Below are positions 39,490-52,320 of a stretch of 64,000 nt of DNA, one piece after another. Within the stretch, counting starts at the first letter, position 1. Each line of letters starts with the position of its first letter. Source of the DNA: Octopus sinensis (taxonomy: Eukaryota); contig NC_043014.1 of NCBI RefSeq assembly GCF_006345805.1, positions 8,184,001-8,248,000 on the forward strand, given 5' to 3'. Under the pieces are notes generated by a model, which saw only the letters and a list, made by a program, of their open reading frames with translations, made no database searches and was not told the origin of the DNA. The translations under genes and the position numbers were made by a program.

Positions 39490-40099
39490 AAAATTTCTTG
39501 GAAAAGTTCGGCTCATTAGTACAAATGAGGGAGTGGAATTGAATTTTAAACGTACGATGGAGTTGTGTAAGTTTAACGGGCCTCAAAAGCCTGCTGTCTG
39601 TCTGATAGGTACTCTCTTTACTCTTTTACTTGTTTCAGTCATTTGACTGCGGCCATGCTGGAGCACCGCCTTTAATCGAGCAACTCGACCCCGGGACTTA
39701 TTCTTTTTGTAAGCCCAGTACTTATTCTATCGGTCTCTTTCGCCGAACCGCTAAGTAACGGGGACATAAACACACCAGCATCGGTTGTCAAGCAATGCTA
39801 GGGGGACAAACACAGACACACAAACACACACACGCGTATATATATACATATATATACATATATACGACGGGCTTCTTTTCAGTTTCCGTCTACCAAATCC
39901 ACTCACAAGGCTTTGGTCGGTCCGAGGCTATAGTAGAAGACACTTGCCCAAGGTGCCAAGTAGTGGGACTGAACCCGGAACCATGCTACTTACCACACAG
40001 CCACTCCTGCGCCTATGATATATACGAACTGGATTTTCCGAATGTTCTAGGTGGACATGGAGTAAACACATGGAGTAAACACATGTGCTCGTGTGTTTA

Positions 40100-40680
40100 G
40101 CGTGTCACACACTTTCTCTATGCAATGCGGCCTGTATGCTCTTAGATACAGCATCTTAGTAAAATCTATCCGCACTAAGTTCTCAGTTTCGGACTCTCCA
40201 CACCTGCTTAGGCGGCGGTTGAGTTCGTTAAAGGCAATGTTGTACTTCAACACCTATGGATATGCCGAATCCAAGTTGAAGAAGATGTTTTTCTTAGTGT
40301 CAGCCTCGAAGAATCGGAGTGTTGCATGTCCCGGAGCAAAGAAACCCCATACTTTTCGGTGTGTTCAGATCTCACCTGGGGCAGAATTTCTAAGTTTATC
40401 CCGAGCCAGTTTGTCAAGCACAATGCAGGCCAAAATCCACCAGATGTACACGCCTGGTGGAATACCCGATAACCTCAGCCTAACAGTTCTCTTTGAGAAG
40501 TAAGTCGGATATAAAACACGCCTCTCACTCCTACAGGGCAACACATACTTTCTTAGTGTCGGATCCCCAGATTTGAATAGGTTCTCGATGCTAGCAAACT
40601 GCCTTGTTCTTTGCATGTGGATCACATAAGCCATAATGACTTTTAGAGCCTTCTCTGCTTGAATTACAAAGTGTAGCAAT
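40100..40680 (-). mobile_element. Possible decayed LINE ORF1-like fragment
   Basis: Protein-like RVLYPTYFSKRTVRLRLSGIPP; no diagnostic motif. Confidence 0.3.
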
Positions 40681-40735
40681 TTTTTTTTGTCTTTAGTAAG
40701 TAAGTTTTATTTCCTACTATAAGTTTTATTTCCTA

Positions 40736-41044
40736 CTAGCAGAATCGCCCGGCGTTGCTCGGGTTTGTATGAGAAATAACTATATAAGCATTTTTAGAGA
40801 GTTACTTCCTTTATATAAACCGAGCAAAAACTGCATTATAAAAGCGGAAAAATGATGGTAAATTTTTTTTTAAATCGTAGACTCATCGTAGACGCGCGCT
40901 AATACCCAGAAGGGCTCGATATGAATCACGACTATAAGATACCCGCTTTTGGTTAAACTGAACCGCAAAATGTGGGAGTAGTTAGGAATCTAAATCGGAG
41001 TAGACAGGCACTCACACACACAACTTCAGTTTTATATATAAAGA
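40736..41044 (-). mobile_element. Complete non-autonomous Helitron (~309 bp)
   Basis: A|TC 5' end; 3' hairpin cccgagcaacgccggg then CTAG|T; AT insertion site. Confidence 0.9.
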
Positions 41045-41281
41045 TTTGCTTCTGAATAGAAATCAAAAGAAATGACTACTGTTCCCTTCAAACTTTGCTT
41101 TTGTGACCTTTATATCAATGATTTGAAACTTGCCTGTTTTCCATTACAATTCAGATAGAGTCAGCGCTTAGTTACTGAAGCAGAAATATCATTAAACCAA
41201 ATATTCTGCTGAATACCACAGGTTTGCTTGCCAGTTTCCTGACTTTAGGCAGTTGAGCTCTGTCCCTTACTAACTGACAAT

Positions 41282-41667
41282 GGAAGCACTCCGTCGGTTA
41301 CGACGACGAGGGTTCCGGTTGATCCGATCAGCGGAACAGCCTGCTCGTGAAATTAACGTGCAAGTGGCTGAGCACTCCACAGACACGTGTACCCTTAACG
41401 TAGTTCTCAGGGATATTCAGTGTGACACAGAGAGTGACAAGGCCGGCCCTTTGAAATACAGTTACAACAGAAACAGGAAGTAAGAGTGAGAGAAAGTTGT
41501 GGCGAAAGAGTACAGCAGGAATCACCAGCATCCCCTGCCGGAGCCTCGTGGAGCTTTTTTAGGTGTTTTCGCTCAATAAACACTCACAACGCCCGGTCTG
41601 GGAATCGAAACCGCGATCCTACGACCGCGAGTCCGCTGCCCTAACCACTGGGCCATTGCGCCTCCAC
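41282..41667 (-). mobile_element. SINE family C, tail variant 2
   Basis: TSD taactgacaat at 41271 and 41669; second copy at 50790-51120. Confidence 0.9.
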
Positions 41668-42024
41668 ATAACTGACAATATGTTCGTCTCAAATCATGAG
41701 CAGAATTAGTGGGGAGTATCATAGCCTTGTTAAGAGGGATTCTTTGGGAAATGAATAAATGTAACAAAGGCAAAGTTTGAAAGAAATGTTAACCATTCAC
41801 CATATATTTTAGGGATAAGCAAATAGGAAATGACAGCTGTTATCCAAGGACAAAAATCGTGTTACAGAATGTCATTGTGACAGGTTCGATCCGCTGGCTC
41901 CGAAGGGATACACATCTGTGATAGATTTTTTATTACCGCTGCCTAATTTTCCTCAGATTTTACAAACCTTTTGCCTTCTATCATTTCACAGTTTTGTTTT
42001 CTATGAACAATAGAAACATTTCTT

Positions 42025-42820
42025 ATTTCTTTATTGCCTACAAAGGGCTAAAGACAGAGGAGCCAAACAAGACAGGCAAAGAGATTAATTCGATTACATC
42101 GACCCCAGTGAGTAACTGGTACTTAATTTATCGATCCCGAAAGGATGAAAGGTAAAGTCGACCTCGGTGGAATTTGAACTCAGACGAAATACCTATTTCT
42201 ATTTCTTTACTACCCACAAGGGGCAAAATACAGAGAGAACAAACAAGGACAGACAAACGGATTAAGTCGATTATATCGACCCCAGTGCATGACTGGTACT
42301 TATTTAATCGACCCCGAAAGGGTGAAAGGCAAAGTCGACCTCGGCGGAATTTGAACTCAGAACGTAGCGGCAGACGAAATACCTATTTCTTTATTACCCA
42401 CAAGGGGCTAAACATAGAGGGGACAAACAAGGACAGACATAGGTATTAAGTCGATTACATCGACCCCAGTGCGTAACTAGTACTTATCTAATCCACCCCG
42501 AAAGGATGAAAGGCAAAGTCGATCTCGGCGGAATTTGAACTCAGAACATATACATACATATACATATACATATACAGACGAAATACCTATTTCTTTATTA
42601 CCCACAAGGGGCTACACATAGAGGGGACAAACAAGGACAGACATAAGTATTAAGTCGATTACATCGACCCCAGTGCGTAACTGGTACTTATTTAATCGAC
42701 CCCGAAAGGATGAAAGGCAAAGTCGACCTCGGTGGAATTTGAACTCAGAACATAACGGCAGACGAAATACGGCTACGCATTTCGCCCGGTGTGCTAACGT
42801 TTCTGCCAACTCGCCGCCTT
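42025..42820 (-). repeat. SINE A tandem array (4 units)
   Basis: TSD aacaatagaaacatttctt on both sides. Confidence 0.88.
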
Positions 42821-43923
42821 AAACAATAGAAACATTTCTTTTAAAAGTGCTAAGACATTTCTTTTTTAGTTCTAGCAACGTGTGAAAACCGTTTCTGCAT
42901 TCTTACTTTTGTCACTGGCGTCATTGTTGTTTTTCATGTAATCATTGACGTTGTTTTTATTGCTCCCGGTTTTACTATTATTCGTGTGAATACTTTTTAT
43001 CGTTGCTGTTGTTATTGTGATGGTGGTGGTGGTGGTGGCGGTGGTTTTGGAGTTAACAATTAAACAAAAGATATTCAACAATAACCATTTTTTTTGGGGG
43101 GGGGGTTCTAAAAGCAAGTGTATCGTAAATACATGAGAAAAAAATCAATAACAATGCTTATAATAATGGCTTCAAATTTTGGCCCAAGGCTAGCAACCTC
43201 GTTGGAAAAAGTACAACGACTGCATTAACCCCAGTACTCGACTGGTACTTGTTTTATCGACTTCGAAAGGATAATAGACGTGATCGAGATCAAATGGTCC
43301 GTCCTAGCTAAATCCCAAGCTTGTAAAAGTAATGGGAATCTGTGTAAGCCCTTCCTCCGCAAATATCAGGAAATCGTTTTGCAGACAGGAAAAAGATCCT
43401 TAACAAACGCAATGAATTCCTCGTAATTTTAAAAGATAAAATAAAGTTAATTCTTTAAGAATGATACGAAAGGAAACGGTTAACCTTTTGTTATTTCATC
43501 AAATGGTTTACTTGTCATTTATTTTCGTTGCTTTCATTCAATAATTACCATCGTTTAAATATCATTTAATACAAAGCTTGAACACTGCTTACGGCCGTTT
43601 CTGCTGCCAATGTCAGTCGGGGCCGTCAAAGAAAATTATGAGAAAAATGTTCGTCATCTTTATAGCACGTCCAGATCTAGTACTGGGAGCTTCATCAGAG
43701 TGAATACAAATACATAAAATAAAAGAAGAGGGAAGAAGAAAGAACAGGGCCTCGAGATGAGGAAAGAAGGGTTAATAATCAGACCATTTTGCAGTGTAAA
43801 TCTTGAAGTCGATGAGCAAATGAAAAAAACAGCAAATAAACTAGAAAATACACACATACATACATACATACATACATACATACATACATACATACACATA
43901 TATATGTATGTGTGTGTATATAA

Positions 43924-43979
<56 letters not shown>

Positions 43980-44170
43980 TAGAAAAAAAAACACTTTTTA
44001 TCAATTCAAAATAAACAATTAAATTACACCATCTAGAAAATTACATATAATAGAAATATTAAAATTAAAATAACAATAAAATGTCAATGATTAAGTAAAT
44101 TGCAAAAAAATAATAATAATGTATATAATTCTAAGTTTTGGATTTTTTTCCCTCAAATACTAATATATAT

Positions 44171-44245
<75 letters not shown>

Positions 44246-44252
44246 TATATAT

Positions 44253-44675
44253 AAGTAAGTGAATGAATTATTCTATGTTTATCGTCAGCATGGAAAATTC
44301 GTTTAACCGAAACCTGGGTAGCAAATTCACGTCAGAAAACACGGTTGAAGCGACCTGACAAGGGTAGAAACTCTGGGTTCATGTGTAGAAATTTGTGTGT
44401 TGTATATGAATAAATGAAAGAATGGAGTCGAACGAAGATGTTAACAAAATTCCTTTACTCTCGACACATTATCGCTTTGTTTACCATGTAGGCAATCATC
44501 GAAACTTTTGTTTGTCTTGTTGTCGAGAGAGGCTCCCTTTCTTTCCTGATGAGGAGATTGCATAATGCACCCTTTATTCCTTTGGAATGAGAACATGCTG
44601 TCTTCGAAACATGTGTCGAGAGTAAAGGAATTTTGTTAACATCTTCGTTCGACTCCATTCTTTCATTTATTCATA
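44253..44675. mobile_element. Fold-back hammerhead element, family H1 copy 1
   Basis: 44405-44470 is inverted at 44610-44675; homologous to 46000-46544 and 46631-46892; (TA)n flanks. Confidence 0.82.
44541..44622 (+). ncRNA. Type-I hammerhead ribozyme motif (GUC)
   Basis: ctttc-CTGATGA-ggaga..tcttc-GAAAC atgt GTC-gagag. Confidence 0.85.
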
Positions 44676-44724
44676 TATATATATATATATAATATATATA
44701 TATATATTATTCATATATATATAT

Positions 44725-44760
<36 letters not shown>

Positions 44761-44767
44761 CATATTA

Positions 44768-44810
<43 letters not shown>

Positions 44811-45123
44811 TCGATTAGAAGTTGTGTTAACCTCATGAAGGGATGGTTTCACCCAAGAAAATTCTGATTCAATACCTAGTATTTGGGGGGAATAGATTTC
44901 CTTAAAATAAAAGGTATATATAAAGCATATAGTTATTATCCATTTAAAAGAAGAAAAGAAAAAGGATATTAGGAAGTGAATGATTGTTTATTATTAACAA
45001 TAAATTGATCATTTTCACTTCTTACAGCTGTTTCAATTAATTTTCAATAATTTAATTAATTTACTAACAAATTTGTACATTAAATTTACATTTATGCGAC
45101 ACGAGTATAATTTCGTCTTGTAA

Positions 45124-45228
45124 TTTTCTGATGAAATTATGCTCATGTCACATAAATGTAAGTTTAATGTAGAAATTTGTAATTGAATTAATTAAACCAT
45201 TGAGTATTAATTGAAACGGCTGTAAGAA
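45124..45228 (+). ncRNA. Type-I hammerhead ribozyme motif (GUA) with a long stem II
   Basis: tttt-CTGATGA-aatta..taatt-GAAAC ggct GTA-agaa; the opposite arm has GAAAC agct GTA. Confidence 0.7.
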
Positions 45229-45280
45229 GTGAGGATCACCAATTTATTGTTAATAATAAACAATTATTAACTTCCTAATC

Positions 45281-45564
45281 GTGGAGGCACATGGCCTAGT
45301 GGTTAGAGCAGGAATCGTGGTTTCGAATCTCAAACCGGGTGATGTGTGTGTTTATGAGCGAAACACCTAAGCTCCACGCGGCTCTGGCAGAAGGTAATTG
45401 CTGACTCTTTCTGCTGACTCTTTCGCCCCAACTTTCTCTCACTCTTTCCTCCTGCATCTAGCAGCTCACCTGTGACGGACCGGCGTCCCGTCCAGGTGGG
45501 GAACCTATACACCAATGAAACCGGACCTCATGAGCCAGGCATGGCTCAAGAAGGTACAAGCAAC
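45281..45564 (+). mobile_element. SINE family C-like head with a V-domain-like tail
   Basis: TSD aacttcctaatc at 45269 and 45565; gtgacggaccggcgtcccgtccagg segment. Confidence 0.8.
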
Positions 45565-45613
45565 AACTTCCTAATCACCAATTTCGTTTCTTCTTTTAAA
45601 TGGATAATAACTG

Positions 45614-45647
<34 letters not shown>

Positions 45648-45837
45648 AATATATATACATATATATATATACATATATATATACATATACATATATATAT
45701 ATATACATATATATACATATACATATATATATATATATATACATATATATATACATATATATATACATACATACATATATATATACATATATATAATATA
45801 ATATATATATAACATATATATATACATATATATATAC

Positions 45838-45869
<32 letters not shown>

Positions 45870-45917
45870 TACATATATATACATATACATATATATATAA
45901 TATACATATATATATAC

Positions 45918-46002
<85 letters not shown>

Positions 46003-46199
46003 TAAGTAGTTGAATGAATTATTCTAGTATGGATAATTCGGTTAACCGATACCCGGGTAGCAAATTTACGTCAGAAGGCACGGTTGAAGCTACATACCAA
46101 GGGCAGAAATCACGTGCTTTCGTATGGAAATTTGTGTGTTTTTTTACTATAGATAAATGAAAGAATGGAGTCGAACGACGATTTAACAAAATTCCTTTA

Positions 46200-46282
46200 T
46201 TCTCGACATATGTTTCGAAGACTGCATATTCTTAATTCCGAAGGAATAAAGGGTGCATTATGCCGTCTTCTCATCAGGAAAG
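46200..46282 (-). ncRNA. Type-I hammerhead ribozyme motif (GUC)
   Basis: Reverse complement of 46423-46505. Confidence 0.87.
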
Positions 46283-46422
46283 ACAAGGAACTTATGTCAG
46301 CATCATGACGAACAAAAACTTTAAGATGACTGCCCACACGGGGTCCATTGTGATAATGATGCTGACATAAGTTCATAGTGTCATAAGTTCATAGTGTCAT
46401 GATGCTGACATAAGTTCCTTGT

Positions 46423-46505
46423 CTTTCCTGATGAGAAGACGGCATAATGCACCCTTTATTCCTTCGGAATTAAGAATATGCAGTCTTCGAAACATATGTC
46501 GAGAA
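46423..46505 (+). ncRNA. Type-I hammerhead ribozyme motif (GUC)
   Basis: tttc-CTGATGA-gaagacggcata..tatgcagtcttc-GAAAC atat GTC-gaga; palindromic ACATATGT stem III. Confidence 0.88.
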
Positions 46506-46546
46506 TAAAGGAATTTTGTTAAATCGTCGTTCGACTCCATTCTTAT

Positions 46547-46630
<84 letters not shown>

Positions 46631-46633
<3 letters not shown>

Positions 46634-46888
46634 GGATGAATGAATTATCCATTGTTTACCGTTAACATGGAAAATTCAATAAACAGTTATCAGGTTAGCA
46701 AAATTCACGCAAGTAACAAGGATGTAGCGACCTATTCAAAGGTAGAAACTCTGGGTTAATGTGCAGTAATTTGTGTAGTGTAAGTAAATAAATGCAGTTG
46801 AACGCAGAATAAGACCAATGTTGTCTTCGAAACATATGTCGAAAGTAAAAGAATTTGAATAGCATCTGCGTTCAACTCCATTTATTTA

Positions 46889-46892
<4 letters not shown>
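46631..46892. mobile_element. Family H1 copy 3, with only the 3' half of the hammerhead
   Basis: gtcttcGAAACatatGTCgaaag at 46823-46845; short inverted arms. Confidence 0.75.
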
Positions 46893-46974
<82 letters not shown>

Positions 46975-47176
46975 ATGAACATTATGCTAATAACACTCAC
47001 ATAAAATAAATTTCAGAGTTAATCGATTGAATTTACATCACTGAGATTGTATATTATTCCCTAGAGCGCATGCATTATCTTCTAAGTTTGATTTAATCAC
47101 ATCAATAGAAATCTATTTCCCTAACACTCAAATCAAAGTAGTAGCGAATGTGGTGCAATTATCTTATATTTGTTCT

Positions 47177-48089
47177 TGTGATTTCAGAGAGATTTAGCTG
47201 CTGTTTCTAGCAGACAGAGGCTACCTCGTTGGCACGGTCTATTACTGTTGAAGTCTTGTAAGCGATTTATCCTTCTTTACTTAAAACGGTATTCTGTGAT
47301 TTCAAAGAGATTTAGCTGCTGTTTCTAGCAGACATGCTACCTCGTAGGCACGGTCTATTACTGTTGAAGTCTTGTTAACGATTTATCCTTCTTTAGTTAA
47401 AACGGTATTCTGTGATTTCAGAGAGATTTAGCAGCTGTTTCTAGCAGACATGCTACCTCGTAGGCACGGTCTATTACTGTTGAAGTCTTGTTAACGATTT
47501 ATCCTTCTTTAGTTAAAACGGTATTCTGTGATTTCAGAGAGATTTAGCTGCTGTTTCTAGCAGACAGAGGCTACCTCGTTGGCACGTTCTATTACTGTTG
47601 AGGTCTTGTTTGCGATTTATCCTTCTTTACTTAAAACGGTATTCTGTGATTTCAAAGAGATTTAGCTGCTGTTTCTAGCAGACATGCTACCTCGTAGGCA
47701 CGGTCTATTACTGTTGAAGTCTTGTTAACGATTTATCCTTCTTTAGTTAAAACGGTATTCTGTGATTTCAGAGAGATTTAGCTGCTGTTTCTAGCAGACA
47801 GAGGCTACCTCGTTGGCACGTTCTATTACTGTTGAGGTCTTGTTTGCGATTTATCCTTCTTTACTTAAAACGGTATTCTGTGATTTCAGAGAGATTTAGC
47901 AGCTGTTTCTAGCAGACATGCTACCTCATAGGCACATTCTATTACTGTTGAAGTCTTGTTAGCGATTTATCCTTCTTTACTTAAAACGGTATTCTGTGAT
48001 TTCAAAGAGATGTAGCTGCTGTTTCTAGCAGACAGAGGCTACCTCGTTGGCACTTTCTTTTACTGTTGAGGTCTTGTTTGCGATTTATC
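47177..48089 (+). repeat. 116/118-bp tandem satellite, ~8 units
   Basis: Unit starts at 47177, 47295, 47411, 47527, 47645, 47761, 47879, 47995. Confidence 0.95.
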
Positions 48090-48259
48090 TAGTAATACCT
48101 GTTTAATATGCACGCACGAAATATGAATAAACAGAATGCAAATTTTTCAATTGCCGCGATCCCAGCAAAATTAATATATAACTAGAATGTTTCCCTGTCT
48201 TTTTTTTTATTATGGGAGAGGTCTTTCTTTTCACAAACTATAAAGAATATTTCACACGT

Positions 48260-49200
48260 AAGGTGGCGAGCTGGCAGAAACGTTAGCACGCCGGGGCGAA
48301 ATGCTTAGCGGTATTTCGTCAGCCGTTTCGTTCTGAGTTCAAATTCCGCCGAGGTCGACTTTGCCTTCATCCTTTCGGGGTCGATAAATAAGTACCATTA
48401 CGCATTGGGGTCGATGTATCGACTTAATACCTATGTCTGTCCTTGTTTGTCCCCTCTGTGTTTAGCCCCTTGTGGTAGAAAGAAATAGGTATTTTGTCTG
48501 TCGTTACTTCTGAGTTCAAATTCCGCCAGGGTCGACTTTGCCTTTCATCCTTCCGGGGTCGATAAATTAAGTACCAGTTAAGCACTGGGGTCGATATAAT
48601 CGACTTAATCCGTTTGTCTGTCCTTGTTTGTCCCCTCTATGTGTAGCCCCTTGTGGGTAATAAAGAAATAGGTATTTCGTCTGCGTTACGTTGTGAGTTC
48701 AAATTCCACCGAGGTCGACTTTACCTTTCATCCTTTCGGGGTCGATAAATTAAGTACCAGTTACGCACTGGGGTCGATGTAATCGACTTAATACCTATGT
48801 CTGTCCTTGTTTGTCCCCTCTGTGCTTAGCCCCTTGTGGGTAATAAAGAAATAGGTATTTCGTCTGCGTTACGTTGTGAATCAATTCCGCCGAGGTCGAC
48901 TTTGCCTTTCATCCTTTCGGGGTCGATAAATTAAGTACCAGTTACGCACTGGGGTCGATTAATCGACTTAATAATACCTATGTCTGTCCTTGTTTGTCCC
49001 CTCTGTGCTTAGCCCCTTGTGGGTAATAAAGAAATAGGTATTTCGTCTGCGTTACGTTGTGAGTTCAAATTCCGCCGAGGTCGACTTTGCCTTTCATCCT
49101 TTCGGGGTCGATAAATTAAGTACCAGTTTCGCACTGGGGTCGATGTAAATGACTTAATCCCTTTGCCTGTCCTTGTTTGTCCCCTCTATGTTTAGCCCCT
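48260..49200 (+). repeat. SINE A tandem array (head plus 5 units)
   Basis: Units joined gaaata|ggtattt. Confidence 0.92.
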
Positions 49201-49289
49201 ATCACTCCAACACCACTATCCTCACCGGAACCCATCACTGCCCCAAACAATTCACCAACTCTCTTACCTGCACCTCCTTCTGTTGCTGT

Positions 49290-49660
49290 TGAGCGAACGG
49301 TCTTCGTCCCAGATCTCGCAAGATGGGAGAAGTCCGAAACGTGGTCCTTTGCTATTCGTAAGACCCGTAGAAGAGAAAGCAGGTCAACCCCCGACACCGA
49401 GAGCATCGACGGATGGATGAATGCGCATCCAGGCTCAGCGGTTGCGTAGGAAGTCGGGGACAAGAAACAGGAAGAAAGAGTGAGAGAAAGTAGGAGCGAA
49501 AGAGTACAACAGGGGTCGCCACCACCCCCTGCCGGAGCCTCGTGGAGCTTTTAGGTGTTTTCGCTCAATAAACACACACAACGCCCGGTCTGGGAATCGA
49601 TACCGCGATCCTCCGACCGCGAGTCCGCCACCCTAATCATTGGGCCATTGCGCCTCCACT
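49290..49660 (-). mobile_element. SINE family C, tail variant 3
   Basis: Same head; unrelated 3' half. Confidence 0.8.
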
Positions 49661-50022
49661 GCAGCTCCTGCTCTCACTGTCCTTCCCTGTACATTGGTTC
49701 AAACGGGACGCTGCTTGGCCGACCGGTTCACTGAGCACCTCCGAGCCATCATATTCGGCAATGATACCCTGATCTCACACCACTTCTTCTACTCATCCGG
49801 TCATTCTCTACGACATCTGTCTATGTTTGAAGTGTCTTTGCTCAGTGGCCACCCGCGTTTCACCTCCTCTGTAAACAAGAATTAACTTTCCCCCTTTCTT
49901 TATTTGCTCCTTCTGGCCTTAATTTGCCACCTCTCTTCATCTAAAAGCAACCCACACACCTCTCATCGTTAACTTCCCCTCTCCTCAGCCTCCACACCTC
50001 CACACCGCCTAACTCAATACTT

Positions 50023-50788
50023 TCACCACACACACACCACTATACGAACACCCCTGCACACTTTTCAACTGAGTACTCACTACACACACCCACATACACC
50101 TTTCCACTCCACACACACTAGCACCCACACTCACAAGTATCCTCACCACACACCACTATTCGAACACCCCTGCACACTGTTCAACTCAGTACTCACTACA
50201 CACACCCACATACACCTTTCCACTCCACACACACCAGCACCCACACTCACAAGTATCCTCACCACACACCACTATTCGAACACCCCTGCACACTTTTCAA
50301 CTCAGTACTCACTACACACACCCACATACACCTTTCCACTCCACACACACTAGCACCCACACTCACAAGTATCCTCACCACACACCACTATTCAAACACC
50401 CCTGCACACTTTTCAACTCAGTACTCACTACACACACCCACATACACCTTTCCACTCCACACACACTAGCACCCACACTCACAAGTATCCTCACCACACA
50501 CCACTATTCGAACACCCCTGCACACTTTTCAACTCAGTACTCACTACACACACCCACATACACCTTTCCACTCCACACACACTAGCACCCACACTCACAA
50601 GTATCCTCACCACACACCACTATTCGAACACCCCTGCACACTGTTCAACTCAGTACTCACTACACACACCCACATACACCTTTCCACTCCACACACACTA
50701 GCACCCACACTCACAAGTATCCTCACCACACACCATTATACGAACACCCCTGCACACTTTTCAACTCAGTACTCACTACACACACCAT
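50023..50788 (+). repeat. 116-bp CA-rich tandem repeat, ~6.5 units
   Basis: c(g/a)aacacccctgcacac at 50045, 50161, 50277, 50393, 50509, 50625, 50741. Confidence 0.95.
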
Positions 50789-51435
50789 TGTGGAAGCACT
50801 CCGTCGGTTACGACGTCGAGGGTTCCGGTTGATCCGAATCAACGGAACAGCCTGCTCGTGAAATTAACGTGTAAGTGGCTGAGCACTCCACAGACACGTG
50901 TACCCTTAACGTAGTTCTCGGAGAGATTCAGCGTGACGCAGAGAGTGACAAGGCCGGCCCCTTGAAATACAGTAAGAAATAAGTAAGAGTGAGAGAAAGT
51001 ACAGCAGGGATCACCACCATCCCCTGCCGGAGCCTCGTGGAGCTTTAGGTGTTTTCGCCCAATAAACACTCACAACGCCCGGTCTGGGAATCGAAACCAC
51101 GATCCTATGACCCCGAGTCCTCACACCATTAGGCATCCTCACACACACTCACATGCACATTCATTCTCACACACCTTCCCACTCCACACACACTACCACC
51201 CAATACCTCCCAACCCCTAACTCACGTAACCCCTGTCCTACCCCCTTACAACACACAGTATTCATTCCTGAAACACACACACAATGTACACACGCACACA
51301 CTACGAATAAACGCATGCAATTTCGCACATAAACATACACAATACACACGCACACTATAGGGTCATACACACACATACATACTATATGCACTATCACACA
51401 CACGATAGCCTCACACACATATACACACGTCCATA

Positions 51436-51667
51436 AGGCGGCGAGCTGGCAGAAACGTTAGCACGCCGGGCGAAATGCTTAGCGGTATTTCGTCTGCCGT
51501 TACGTTATGAGTTCAAATTCCGCCGAGGTCGACTTTGCCTTTCATCCTTTCGGGGTCGATAAATTAAGTACCAGTTACGCACTGGGGTCGATGTAATCGA
51601 CTTAATACCTATGTCTGTCCTTGTTTGTCCCCTCTGTGTTTAGCCCCTTGTGGGTAGTAAAGAAATA
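51436..51667 (+). mobile_element. SINE family A single copy
   Basis: TSD tatacacacgtccata. Confidence 0.92.
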
Positions 51668-52160
51668 TATACACACGTCCATATGCGCGCATACACACAC
51701 ACACACACGGATACGTGAAACGCACATCACTCCACACAGTGCACACACTAAGTTACTTATACACATACACACACACACACTCCCATATGCATACACAATC
51801 CCAGATAATTTTAAGCTCGCCCATACATTTACATGCGCTCACTCCCTTTCACACAAATACACTCATCCTTCTTAGATACACACGCGTTTGTGCACCCTAG
51901 TTCAGCTGGGTCACCGTTATTTTCTCCCTTTCACTCTACATTTTTCTTCCGATCATTTCATCATGTTGAACTTATTAATCCCTACACCTTTTTTTCTCTC
52001 CCTTTTTTTTTTCTTTTTGTTCTCACTCCATTTTTTTCCTCTTAACATTTACTGTCGAAGAGTGTAGGCTCGAAACTTTTCCGTTCTTCCGGAGAGTCAA
52101 ACTAATACACCTTCTCGTAGTTCTCTCACATGCCTTCGTCTTTTGTTTTCAGTAAAATTG

Positions 52161-52219
<59 letters not shown>

Positions 52220-52320
52220 TATATATATATATAATGTAGGTCCTGGGTTGAGTCGGGGTTAACCACAGTAAATAAGGTACTCAATACATAGCAGAGTAAA
52301 GTAATTTATTTTATAGAAGG

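Larger units (their letters stand above)
44809..45614. mobile_element. Fold-back hammerhead element, family H2, interrupted by a SINE
   Basis: Inverted arms ~44928-45117 and 45129-45614; (TA)n flanks. Confidence 0.75.
46000..46544. mobile_element. Fold-back hammerhead element, family H1 copy 2, with two inverted ribozymes
   Basis: 46161-46308 is a near-perfect inverted repeat of 46396-46543. Confidence 0.88.
49665..52165 (+). mobile_element. Decayed Penelope-like 3' part (GIY-YIG end, long CA-rich UTR, terminal pLTR)
   Basis: YIGQTGRCLADRFTEHLR across a frame change; terminal 52040-52165 is homologous to 56470-56610. Confidence 0.72.

Noticed and set aside
41595-41667. tRNA-like heads as tRNA genes
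   Set aside because: They continue into SINE bodies with TSDs, and no complete cloverleaf could be supported
43640-43710. Minus-strand CTGATGA with a possible stem II
   Set aside because: GAAA and the stem I partner are missing
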